Shown here in pieces: positions 1-7,308 of a DNA stretch of 44,247 bases. Source of the stretch: Limnochordia bacterium (GTDB lineage: Bacteria; Bacillota; Limnochordia; JAAZLZ01); contig JBMNRY010000003.1 of assembly GCA_050944915.1 (NCBI GenBank), positions 1 through 44,247 of the forward strand. The letters run 5' to 3'. The notes under the pieces were generated by a model, which saw nothing but the letters and a program-made list of their open reading frames with translations, was not told the origin of the DNA and ran no database searches. The translations under genes and the position numbers were made by a program. Within the stretch, counting starts at the first letter, position 1. Each line of letters begins with the position of its first letter.

Positions 1-700
1 CACCGACGATCATCACCTTCTTGATGACCCCCTGGCCTCCACCTAATAGCCACAGTAATTTACTAGAGTTACCCCTCGGACCCAGGACGTAGATAATATC
101 ATGGGCTTTGATGTGATCTCCCCCTTGAGGGATGATCACATCATTATGGCGGGCGATAGCCACAACTAAACAATCCGGGGGAAAGGGCAAATTTTTCAGT
201 TGAGAATCAACCAATTTCGCCCCTTCCGGAACCCGGTAACCGACCATCTCCACCTTGCCGTGGGCAAAATAGTCCACCTCCGTAGCCAAGGGGGTCTTCA
301 GAAGTTTAAGGATCTCCGCGGCCACCAACTCCTCGGGATTGATCATTAAATCGATCCCCAATTCGTTCCTGGTAAACATATTGCCCGCGGGGAAATCATC
401 GCTGCTAACCCGGGCCACCGTCTCCTTAACTCCAAATCTCTTGCCCAAAAGGCAAGAGATCATGTTCACTTCATCGGTTTCGGTGACGGCAATGAGCAAA
501 TCAGCCTCCTTAGCCCCCGCCCTTTCTAGAACAGAAGCATGACCACCGCTTCCCAGAACAGTCAACACATCGAGGTTTTCCCCAACCTTCTCCAGGGCCT
601 GGGGGCACTGATCGATGACGACCACATCTTGCCCTTCTTCTGAGAGCTTGGCCGCGATAAAATATCCTACTTCCCCCGCTCCGACCACAATCACCCGCAC
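1..700 (-). CDS. trkA: Trk system potassium uptake protein TrkA (5' part; runs off the window edge)
   Basis: Not in the ORF track because it is truncated. Manual translation from GTG at 700 gives MRVIVVGAGEVGYFIAAKLSEEGQDVVVIDQ (RCK_N Rossmann motif GxGxxG), then an RCK_C-like segment (LVVAIARHNDVIIPQGGDHI) and the start of a second RCK_N (KKVMIV). GGGAG RBS upstream. Confidence 0.93.
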   Translation of the reverse strand, partial: MRVIVVGAGEVGYFIAAKLSEEGQDVVVIDQCPQALEKVGENLDVLTVLGSGGHASVLERAGAKEADLLIAVTETDEVNMISCLLGKRFGVKETVARVSSDDFPAGNMFTRNELGIDLMINPEELVAAEILKLLKTPLATEVDYFAHGKVEMVGYRVPEGAKLVDSQLKNLPFPPDCLVVAIARHNDVIIPQGGDHIKAHDIIYVLGPRGNSSKLLWLLGGGQGVIKKVMIVG

Positions 701-786
701 GGTACCACTCCCTAGGTTAGTAAGGCATAATAATCCCGGGCTGGGGAGACCAACCCGGAATCAAATTTAACTCCATTAACCTCAAA

Positions 787-816
787 TAATCTACCATAGA
801 CTACATTAACCAGCAA
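787..816 (-). promoter_or_regulatory. Possible sigmaA promoter for trkA
   Basis: Minus strand reads TTGCTG-17 nt-TAGATT with a TG immediately upstream of the -10 (extended -10), about 90 nt before the trkA start. Confidence 0.4.
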
Positions 817-859
817 TGGGCCATTAACTCAATCTGGGCCCATAGAAGCGCTCCTTAAC

Positions 860-2113
860 CTAGTTTTCCCCTTGAGACAAACTATAAGCCTCAAAGGCTT
901 CCCTTTGGGCCTCGGCACGGATGGCGTCGATATGGTCAAAGTTCTCCACCAATAATTGGACTACTTCCCCGTCTAGGGCTCCCCCTTGGGCCATTTGATG
1001 CAAAACCCTCTGGGCCGCCTCGGCTTCCATCCCCGCCCGGTAAGGTCGATCTTCGGTGATGGCTGTAAAAACATCGGCCACAGCCATGATCCTAGATCCC
1101 AAGGGGATCCCCTCCCCCGTAATCCCGAAGGGATATCCTTGCCCATCGAGGCGTTCATGGTGAAAGGCTCCCCAGGTCTTAATCAACTCTAAGCCAGGGA
1201 TCAGATCTAACACCCGATAGGTGTAGTATGTATGGCTCTTGATCAAGATGTATTCCTCATCGTTCAAGGGAGCCGGTTTGTCCAAGATTTCCTTCGGGAT
1301 GGCTAATTTGCCTAAATCGTGGAGATATCCGGCGGTCTGCATCATTTCGCATTCCCAAGGGGAAAAGGACATCAGCTGGGCTAGGGCCTTGGAGGTGGCT
1401 GCTACCCCGGCGCTATGGGTGGAAGTAAAGGGGCTGCGGAAGTCGATGATATGGCTGAACAACTTAGCTAGTTTATTCAGCCCCGGTCCATCTAATAGGA
1501 CGGTTCGGAAAGTCAGTTTCTTGCTTAGAATGTCGAAGATATCGGCTGAGACCATATCTAACCAGAAGACCGGTTTCTCGGCTAGTTTCTCCAGGATATC
1601 TACCACATCGGGCCTGAATAGGGTGCCTTTGCGGGCCTTGATCTTTTCCAAAATGGAGTCTACCTGACCTAAAATCGGCTGTTCCCTGTCGATTAATACA
1701 TCAACCCGGTCCGATAGATGGATGATGTGACAGCCGATCGGGATCTGATCGCCGGCTTCCCCCCAAGGGGTATGATGGTCCCGAATTAAGCGAGCCGGCC
1801 CCGCAAAACGGCCAAAATCTTTATACAAGCGATAACCCATTTCCGCATGTTCCCGGGGATTCCTCAGATCGAATTCTAAAACATCGATTCTTTCCTGGGC
1901 GGACAGGGCTCCACTATCGTGGAGAAGTGCGGCGATACACAGCTCATGCCTTAAATCCCCTGGCAATCCCAAGGCTTCGGCGATGGTCAACGCCGTGTAG
2001 GCTACCCGTTTGTGGTGATTGACGACAACAGGACTAACCAAGTCCAAACAACCGGATAGGGCGATGACCATATCGAACAAAGAAACACGGTGGACACCGA
2101 ACAGAGGACTCAC
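860..2113 (-). CDS. Tandem-HD HD-GYP domain cyclic dinucleotide phosphodiesterase
   Basis: N-terminal HD domain (HHKRVA..LLHDSG..DHH..HLSDRVD) and C-terminal HD-GYP domain (HSAGVA..LHDLGK..HHERLDGQGYP..VADVFTAITEDRPYR). Confidence 0.9.
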   Translation of the reverse strand: MSPLFGVHRVSLFDMVIALSGCLDLVSPVVVNHHKRVAYTALTIAEALGLPGDLRHELCIAALLHDSGALSAQERIDVLEFDLRNPREHAEMGYRLYKDFGRFAGPARLIRDHHTPWGEAGDQIPIGCHIIHLSDRVDVLIDREQPILGQVDSILEKIKARKGTLFRPDVVDILEKLAEKPVFWLDMVSADIFDILSKKLTFRTVLLDGPGLNKLAKLFSHIIDFRSPFTSTHSAGVAATSKALAQLMSFSPWECEMMQTAGYLHDLGKLAIPKEILDKPAPLNDEEYILIKSHTYYTYRVLDLIPGLELIKTWGAFHHERLDGQGYPFGITGEGIPLGSRIMAVADVFTAITEDRPYRAGMEAEAAQRVLHQMAQGGALDGEVVQLLVENFDHIDAIRAEAQREAFEAYSLSQGEN

Positions 2114-2118
2114 CTACC

Positions 2119-2520
2119 CTACTTCAAATAAGTAACCATCTCTTTATCAACTTTGCTAATATGTTGAATGAGCCAATCGACCACCATTTTATTCACCGAG
2201 ATGACGAATTGTAATTTAGGCCCCTCCTCGTCTAGCCGTCCTTTCAGATCGGACAGACTGGCCACAAAGCCGTCATGCAACTTCTTGTGGGCTTCGTAAT
2301 ATGGATAGGGACTGTTACGCTGTAATTCTTCCTCATCCCGAAAGTGGGTCTTAACATAGTCGGCAAGAAAATCAACTAGTCGACCGACTTCTTCCTTTCC
2401 CCGACCCTGATTGCTGGCTTCCAATAATTTGTTGATCCGAGCGAACAATTCCTGGTGCTGAGAATCGATTAAAGGTACTCCAACGGCCAAATCGGAAGTC
2501 CATTCAATAGCCACAATCAT
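2119..2520 (-). CDS. Single-domain bacteriohemerythrin
   Basis: W..DLAVGVPLIDSQHQELF, HFRDEE, HKKLH and WLIQHISKVD motifs give the full H/HxxxE/HxxxH/HxxxxD di-iron ligand set. GGGAGG RBS. Confidence 0.93.
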   Translation of the reverse strand: MIVAIEWTSDLAVGVPLIDSQHQELFARINKLLEASNQGRGKEEVGRLVDFLADYVKTHFRDEEELQRNSPYPYYEAHKKLHDGFVASLSDLKGRLDEEGPKLQFVISVNKMVVDWLIQHISKVDKEMVTYLK

Positions 2521-2543
2521 CCCTCCCTACCTTTTGGCACAGG

Positions 2544-2571
2544 TTTTCGGCATTGAAGCTTACTTTCCTGC
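2544..2571 (-). promoter_or_regulatory. SigH-like promoter upstream of hemerythrin
   Basis: GCAGGA-17 nt-GAAAA (GCAGGAAAGTAAGCTTCAATGCCGAAAA). Resembles the SigH consensus AGGA-N17/18-GAAT, and the same motif recurs at other gene starts in this window. Confidence 0.5.
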
Positions 2572-2583
2572 CCGGCGAGGGGA

Positions 2584-2612
2584 AATAAAAAATCCTCGGT
2601 GGATACCGAGGA
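2584..2612 (-). terminator. Intrinsic terminator downstream of tRNA-Leu
   Basis: TCCTCGGT-ATCC-ACCGAGGA hairpin followed by TTTTTTATT on the minus strand. Confidence 0.85.
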
Positions 2613-2623
2613 CTAATTATCGA

Positions 2624-2708
2624 TGGTGCCCGGGACGAGAGTCGAACTCGTACGGTGTTACCCACACGGCCCTCAACCGTGCGCGTCTGCCAATTCCGCC
2701 ACCCGGGC
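2624..2708 (-). tRNA. tRNA-Leu (anticodon GAG)
   Basis: Reverse complement is GCCCGGGTGGCGGAATTGGCAGACGCGCACGGTTGAGGGCCGTGTGGGTAACACCGTACGAGTTCGACTCTCGTCCCGGGCACCA. It has an acceptor stem, D-loop GG, anticodon stem CACGG/CCGTG with loop TTGAGGG, long variable arm, GTTCGA T-loop and encoded CCA. Confidence 0.97.
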
Positions 2709-2720
2709 TTAACAACACCA

Positions 2721-2750
2721 ATTATACATCCACAACCTACCTTCTGTCAA
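2721..2750 (-). promoter_or_regulatory. sigmaA promoter of tRNA-Leu
   Basis: Perfect TTGACA (2750-2745) and TATAAT (2726-2721), 18-nt spacer, 12 nt upstream of the mature tRNA. Confidence 0.85.
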
Positions 2751-2852
2751 GGCTAGAAATCCCGGTGAGATCCTGAAAAGTCGACAATAGGTAGCTCGAG
2801 CTCCCTTACGGCCCGAACCGAGGGAAACGGTTTCGCCAAAGCCTTTGGGATT

Positions 2853-3743
2853 CTAGATCTCCCCATCGAGGCTTCCATGACCCATGGGCTCCACATGGAT
2901 GGAAATATGGGTCGTATTCGCGATTTCCTCAGCTAATGCCTCTTCTACTTCATGGAGGATCCGGTGGCTTTCCCCAAAGGACAGCTCCTTGGGTAGTCCG
3001 ATCTTGCAGGAAATGTGTAAATCGGCCCCATGGCGGTGGGCCCTAATATCACCGATATCCTTCACCTGGGAAACACCCATGGCCGCCGAAACGATGCGTT
3101 CGATAATCTCCGGCTCCACCTGGGCATCCATAATCTCATCGACGACCCGCTGAAAAATCTCCCAGCCTACTTTGATGATAAACAAACCCACTATAAAGGC
3201 CGCGATGGGATCGAGAAAGGGGAAGCCCAACCGGGCAAAGAAAATCCCCAGGGCCGAGGCTATGGAAGTCATAGCATCGGAACGATGGTGCCAGGCATCG
3301 GAAATGAGGGCTTGGGAGTCCAGCTTCTTACCCATGGCTAAATTATAGCGGAACATGGTTTCTTGAAACAAAATGGAAAAAAGGGCGACGGCTAGGGCCG
3401 CTGGCCCCGGCACTTCCGGTACCCCTTGAAAACCGGTTCGCACTGCATTGACCATGATGCCAATTCCTGCCAGAATCAGTAGAACGGCCAAGAGTTTTGT
3501 GGCCACCGTTTCCGCCCGACCGTGACCATAGGGATGGCGTTCATCGGCCGGTTGTTTGGCAATGCCCATGCTAATGATGATAATAATGGTGGACAAAGCA
3601 TCCGATGCCGAATGGATGGCATCGGCCAATAATGCAGCACTATTGGCCCACAAACCCACGGTGAGCTTCAGAAGGGTGAGGAAGGAAATCCCTAGGAGCG
3701 TATGCCTGGAGACCCTACTTGCCGCTTCATAACGGGAAACCAT
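2853..3743 (-). CDS. Cation diffusion facilitator (CDF) metal efflux transporter, FieF/CzcD-like
   Basis: Motifs ALLADAIHSASD, HPYGHGRAE and DAWHHRSD, six TM segments and a C-terminal ZT dimerisation domain ending IHVEP. Start moved from the ORF-track 3941 to ATG 3743, which has a GAGGAGG RBS. Confidence 0.92.
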   Translation of the reverse strand: MVSRYEAASRVSRHTLLGISFLTLLKLTVGLWANSAALLADAIHSASDALSTIIIIISMGIAKQPADERHPYGHGRAETVATKLLAVLLILAGIGIMVNAVRTGFQGVPEVPGPAALAVALFSILFQETMFRYNLAMGKKLDSQALISDAWHHRSDAMTSIASALGIFFARLGFPFLDPIAAFIVGLFIIKVGWEIFQRVVDEIMDAQVEPEIIERIVSAAMGVSQVKDIGDIRAHRHGADLHISCKIGLPKELSFGESHRILHEVEEALAEEIANTTHISIHVEPMGHGSLDGEI

Positions 3744-3766
3744 CTCAAATCTCCTCCTCGCCTTAG

Positions 3767-3804
3767 AGAAAAACGCCTGGGGAACTGGTGAGTCCCACAG
3801 GCGT
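3767..3804 (-). terminator. Intrinsic terminator (expression platform) in the CDF leader
   Basis: Minus strand ACGCCTG-TGGGA...TTCCC-CAGGCGT-TTTTCT. It lies between promoter and RBS, and its 5' arm overlaps the 3' part of the putative aptamer. Confidence 0.8.
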
Positions 3805-3853
3805 ATAACCTGCTGCCATAAGGCCCGGATACTTGCTGTACCCTGTCTCGCTG
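3788..3853 (-). ncRNA. czcD/NiCo-like metal-sensing riboswitch aptamer
   Basis: Minus strand GAG-ACAG-GGTAC(AGCAA)GTATC-CGG-GCC(TTAT)GGC-AG-CAGG(TTATACG)CCTG-TGGGA-CTC forms a four-way junction. It carries the CAG, CGG and CUGUGGGA signatures I recall for the NiCo class, lies upstream of a CDF gene and overlaps a terminator. Confidence 0.8.
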
Positions 3854-3878
3854 AATAACAAATACTGATTTTTGTTTT

Positions 3879-3908
3879 ATTATAAGCAATGGACAAGAAC
3901 GATGTCAA
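3879..3908 (-). promoter_or_regulatory. sigmaA promoter of riboswitch-CDF unit
   Basis: Perfect TTGACA (3908-3903) and TATAAT (3884-3879), 18-nt spacer. Confidence 0.85.
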
Positions 3909-3971
3909 GGACGGGAAAACCCCGGGCCTTAGAGGCACCACCTGCCGTCGGACGAGTCTTTAGTTCAAGGT

Positions 3972-5006
3972 TCAAAGAAGGGGTTTTAGCCGATCCGATG
4001 GGACTAAGCCAGGGATGCGACCCCTTTTGGCGATGGGTTTGCCGTTGACCTCCTTGATATCTAAGGTCATATCCATGGGCGAAGCAGCGGAAATATAGCT
4101 GCCTACACCAAGACCATCGGCACCGGCTTCGACCAATTCCCGGATCCGTTGGGGATTTAGACCTCCGGAAACGAAAATCCCCACATGGCTGAAGCCCGCT
4201 TGGTCCAGTCGGGCACGCACTTCCCGAACTAGGCCGGGGGTAACCCCTCCCCGCTCCGCCGGTGTATCTAATCGGATGGCATCGAGATTGGAGCCGAGGG
4301 CCTCGGCCACCCGTAGGCTTTCTTCCACTTCGTCTTTAAAAGTATCGACTAAAATGGTCCGGGGTGCATCGGGGGGCATAAGGCGATGGTAGGCTTCGGC
4401 GGCGGTGACGGTGTCACCGACGATCAAGAAAAGGGCATGGGGAACAGTCCCCACCGGTTCCAAATTGGCCAATTTGGCGCCTAGAATACAGGAGGCTCCC
4501 TGGGCACCACCGATGATGGCTGCCCGTTCCATGACCGGCGCCACCGCCGGATGGACGTGGCGGGCGCCGAAACAGATGACAGGCTTGTCCCCAGCCGCGT
4601 CGACACATTCCCGGGCTGCGGTGGCCCACGCGGAAGAGCTGGCTAGAATACCTAAGAGGGCCGTTTCCAAAATCCCAAAGGCGCCGTAAGATCCCCGAAT
4701 GCGCATGACTACCTCACCGCCCTCGATGGGCGCTCCTTCAGGCAGGGCTTCCACCTGGACATCTAAATGCTGCAACAGGCGGCGGCACTCCTCTATTCCA
4801 CAGAGGATACCGGCCTTGCGGCTGAAGACCTCCGCGACGACGGGGGTGTTGTCCAACTTAAGGTTCTGGAGGATCTCCCTGGTCCGAATGAAATAAAGAT
4901 CGCTGGTCAGACCGGTGGCTATCTCGGTTCCGTTTGCCGAAAAGGTCAAACGATCCTCCCCCACTTTGAAATCCCTTACCTGCCGTAGGCTCTTAATCTG
5001 TTCCAA
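3972..5006 (-). CDS. Nicotinate phosphoribosyltransferase (short QAPRTase-fold type)
   Basis: TSDLYF, FGARHVHP, GTVPHAL, LVDTF, IRLDTP, FVSGGL and GVGS motifs typical of NAPRTase. Confidence 0.85.
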   Translation of the reverse strand: MEQIKSLRQVRDFKVGEDRLTFSANGTEIATGLTSDLYFIRTREILQNLKLDNTPVVAEVFSRKAGILCGIEECRRLLQHLDVQVEALPEGAPIEGGEVVMRIRGSYGAFGILETALLGILASSSAWATAARECVDAAGDKPVICFGARHVHPAVAPVMERAAIIGGAQGASCILGAKLANLEPVGTVPHALFLIVGDTVTAAEAYHRLMPPDAPRTILVDTFKDEVEESLRVAEALGSNLDAIRLDTPAERGGVTPGLVREVRARLDQAGFSHVGIFVSGGLNPQRIRELVEAGADGLGVGSYISAASPMDMTLDIKEVNGKPIAKRGRIPGLVPSDRLKPLL

Positions 5007-5586
5007 AATGTGTATCCCCTTTCTCTCCCACTGCTTCGGGCCAGACTCCCCGGTAGATCATTTGGTAACGGGTCTCCATGGTCGATACCCGTCGGATAAA
5101 ACCCCGGGTTTCCCGGAAGGGAATCTGGTGGATATCTTCTAATCGACCGGACCATACCTTATTATCCAGCCATTGGCGAACATTACCCCGCCCCCCGTTA
5201 TAGGCGGCTAAGACCTGGGCCTTTTCCCCATCGAACTCTTCCAATAAGTTGGCTAAATACCAAGTTCCCAACTTGATGTTGACCTGGGGATTGAAGAGGG
5301 CATCGGGATGGATCGGTTCGTTAATCTGTTCCCCGATCCATTGGGCCGTTTCAGGCATGAGCTGCATTAACCCCCGGGCCCCTTTGGGGGATATGGCTTG
5401 GGGGCGAAAATTACTCTCTATTTTCACTACTGCAGCCACCAAATAGGGATCTACCCCATATTCTTCGGCATATTCCTGGATCTGCTCCTTGTAACCAATG
5501 GGATAAAGCCACCTCAAAAAATGGTTGGTTCCCAAGGAGAGGGCCAGGAACAGGATTAATCCCACCACCAGTAGGTATTTGATCAC
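4993..5586 (-). CDS. Lytic transglycosylase (SLT domain), N-terminal membrane anchor
   Basis: IESNF (catalytic Glu), GARGLMQLMPETA, AAYNGG and PFRETR motifs. Usual neighbour of coaE. Confidence 0.92.
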   Translation of the reverse strand: MIKYLLVVGLILFLALSLGTNHFLRWLYPIGYKEQIQEYAEEYGVDPYLVAAVVKIESNFRPQAISPKGARGLMQLMPETAQWIGEQINEPIHPDALFNPQVNIKLGTWYLANLLEEFDGEKAQVLAAYNGGRGNVRQWLDNKVWSGRLEDIHQIPFRETRGFIRRVSTMETRYQMIYRGVWPEAVGEKGDTHFGTD

Positions 5587-5602
5587 GTCCTAACCTCCGC
5601 AC

Positions 5603-5986
5603 CTATTCATCGAGGAACAGAGATTTGATCACCAACTCCCCTGTGGCCGCGTTTGTAGCCAATGGTATGTTATGGACATCACACATCCGCAAGAGGGCCG
5701 TTATATCTGGTTCATGGGGTTGGGCCTTATGGGGGTCGCGCAAAAAGACCACCGCGTCGATTTTCCCCTCGGCGATCTCGGCACCGATCTGTTGATCTCC
5801 GCCATAGGGTCCCGAGTTTTTCTTTTCCACCGGCAAACCGGTGGCTTCCTCTACGACCTTCCCCGTGGTACCAGTGGCGACCAAATCAGCTTGTGCTAAG
5901 ATATTACTATATTTCTTAACAAATAAGACCATGGCGACCTTCTTTTGGTCGTGGGCGATCAGCGCTAACCGCCTTCTTTTTCCCAT
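5603..5986 (-). CDS. mgsA: Methylglyoxal synthase
   Basis: [27 protein letters not shown] and [22 protein letters not shown] motifs. The start may be ATG 5986 or TTG 5995. Confidence 0.95.
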   Translation of the reverse strand: MGKRRRLALIAHDQKKVAMVLFVKKYSNILAQADLVATGTTGKVVEEATGLPVEKKNSGPYGGDQQIGAEIAEGKIDAVVFLRDPHKAQPHEPDITALLRMCDVHNIPLATNAATGELVIKSLFLDE

Positions 5987-6579
5987 TGTTCCCAAACCCT
6001 CCTTATCTGTTGCTCCGTTTCCTTCAGGGAACGGGAATTATCGATTATATCATCGGCCCGGGCCAACCGTTCTTCCCGAGATATTTGGGCCTCCAACCGC
6101 TGCTGGGCCTGGCCATGGGTCAAACCATCCCGTTCTTGCAGCCGCTGTAATTGTAATTCCACGGGCAGATCGACGACCAGGATGCGGTCAACCAAGTCGT
6201 CGGCCCCCACTTCAAACAACAGGGGGATGTCCACTACGATCACAGATGCTAGCGCCGCCCGGCAGGCGTTATCGATATCCTCCCGGAGACGGGTTAAAAT
6301 AAGGGGATGCATAATCTCATTCAAACGTCGTCGAGCCTCAGGTTGGGCAAATATAGTCCGGCCGAGTTTTTTCCGATCCAAGCTGCCATCGGGATGGAAA
6401 TAATCGGACCCGAAGGCCTTCTTGATCTGGTGCCAAGCCTCTCCTCCCGGGAGAACCAATTCCCGGGCGATTTCATCGCTATCGATGAGCTGGGCTCCCA
6501 GTCGGACCAACATCCTGGCCACTGTGCTTTTACCAGAGGCGATGCCGCCGGTGAGACCGACGACCAAGGGTCTTTCCAT
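5965..6579 (-). CDS. coaE: Dephospho-CoA kinase
   Basis: [13 protein letters not shown]-loop, LDRKKLG, HPLI, DIPLLFE and RLQERD motifs. Confidence 0.96.
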   Translation of the reverse strand: MERPLVVGLTGGIASGKSTVARMLVRLGAQLIDSDEIARELVLPGGEAWHQIKKAFGSDYFHPDGSLDRKKLGRTIFAQPEARRRLNEIMHPLILTRLREDIDNACRAALASVIVVDIPLLFEVGADDLVDRILVVDLPVELQLQRLQERDGLTHGQAQQRLEAQISREERLARADDIIDNSRSLKETEQQIRRVWEQWEKEGG

Positions 6580-6592
6580 ACTGACTCATCCT

Positions 6593-7234
6593 CTATAACA
6601 ACCATAGGGTCCCAAGACCCGCCAAAATCAAACCAGGTAAGATGACAAGAATGGGTCGGCTCCCCCAAGTCGAAATCCAATTGTTGCCAACGGTCAAGCC
6701 AGTAGTTAGAAAACAGAACTTAGTCAGAATAACCAAGGGAGTCATCAGGGTTGGAGAAAGTCCAGCCATGGCCGCTCCGAACCCAGCTGCCATGGCATCC
6801 ATGGCTAAAGCAGTTCCTAGGAGAATGGCTTCCCCGCAGCTTAACAACCCCGAGCGGTCCCGGTCGGCCTCCACCGGTTCCCGCATAATATGGACGATAA
6901 TGCCCAAGGGTCTTAAATGAAGGGCCAACACCGTCGAGGGACCCTGGGTTTTAGAATCCCCCTGGGGTGTCCTTGGAGTCCGGAGGTTTTGGTAGACCAA
7001 CCATAAACCAAAACCGATTAACAGTACAGCCCCCGCCTGCTGGGCAAAGGGGATATAGGCGGCCAACCACCCTCCGGCCATCATAGCCCCATAAAGGCTG
7101 ATGCCTGAAGCTAGGCTGACGACCACCACCGACATCAAGGGCATCTTAATCTTACGCAATCCAAAGGCGACACCGGCGCCAAATCCGTCAACACTGACTG
7201 CTGCTGCTAGTAATAGAGCAGAAATGAGTTCCAA
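6593..7234 (-). CDS. ytaF: Sporulation membrane protein YtaF (MntP-like fold)
   Basis: Two repeats AVSVDGFGAG / ALAMDAMAAG and the PVEADRDRSG motif. Canonical position between mutM and coaE. Confidence 0.85.
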   Translation of the reverse strand: MELISALLLAAAVSVDGFGAGVAFGLRKIKMPLMSVVVVSLASGISLYGAMMAGGWLAAYIPFAQQAGAVLLIGFGLWLVYQNLRTPRTPQGDSKTQGPSTVLALHLRPLGIIVHIMREPVEADRDRSGLLSCGEAILLGTALAMDAMAAGFGAAMAGLSPTLMTPLVILTKFCFLTTGLTVGNNWISTWGSRPILVILPGLILAGLGTLWLL

Positions 7235-7254
7235 ATTTCCTCTCCTCCCATAGC

Positions 7255-7284
7255 CGCTTATGGTCTCTACCTCCCATAATACGA
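7255..7284 (-). promoter_or_regulatory. SigE-like (mother-cell) promoter upstream of ytaF
   Basis: TCGTATT-15 nt-CATAAGCG resembles the SigE consensus (TCATATT-N15-CATA...). ytaF is SigE-controlled in B. subtilis. Confidence 0.55.
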
Positions 7285-7308
7285 CTAGGAAAGAGGATTG
7301 GTGCTAAA

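Noticed and set aside
700-860. c-di-AMP (ydaO) riboswitch upstream of trkA
   Set aside because: The leader is too short and lacks the multi-stem ydaO architecture. Only a single hairpin is seen, reported separately.
2110-2121. Possible readthrough or frameshift fusion of hemerythrin to HD-GYP
   Set aside because: The genes are in different frames, and each frame has stop codons at the junction (TAG then TGA in the hemerythrin frame; TAG directly before the HD-GYP GTG).
860-2708. Genomic island integrated at tRNA-Leu
   Set aside because: I found no duplicated tRNA 3' end (att site), no integrase and no obvious compositional shift within the window.
2534-2776. 80-aa + strand ORF
   Set aside because: It is the antisense of tRNA-Leu plus its promoter and terminator.
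3744-3941. 66-codon N-terminal extension of the CDF ORF in the ORF track
   Set aside because: It spans the promoter, riboswitch and terminator. The real start is ATG 3743 with a strong RBS.
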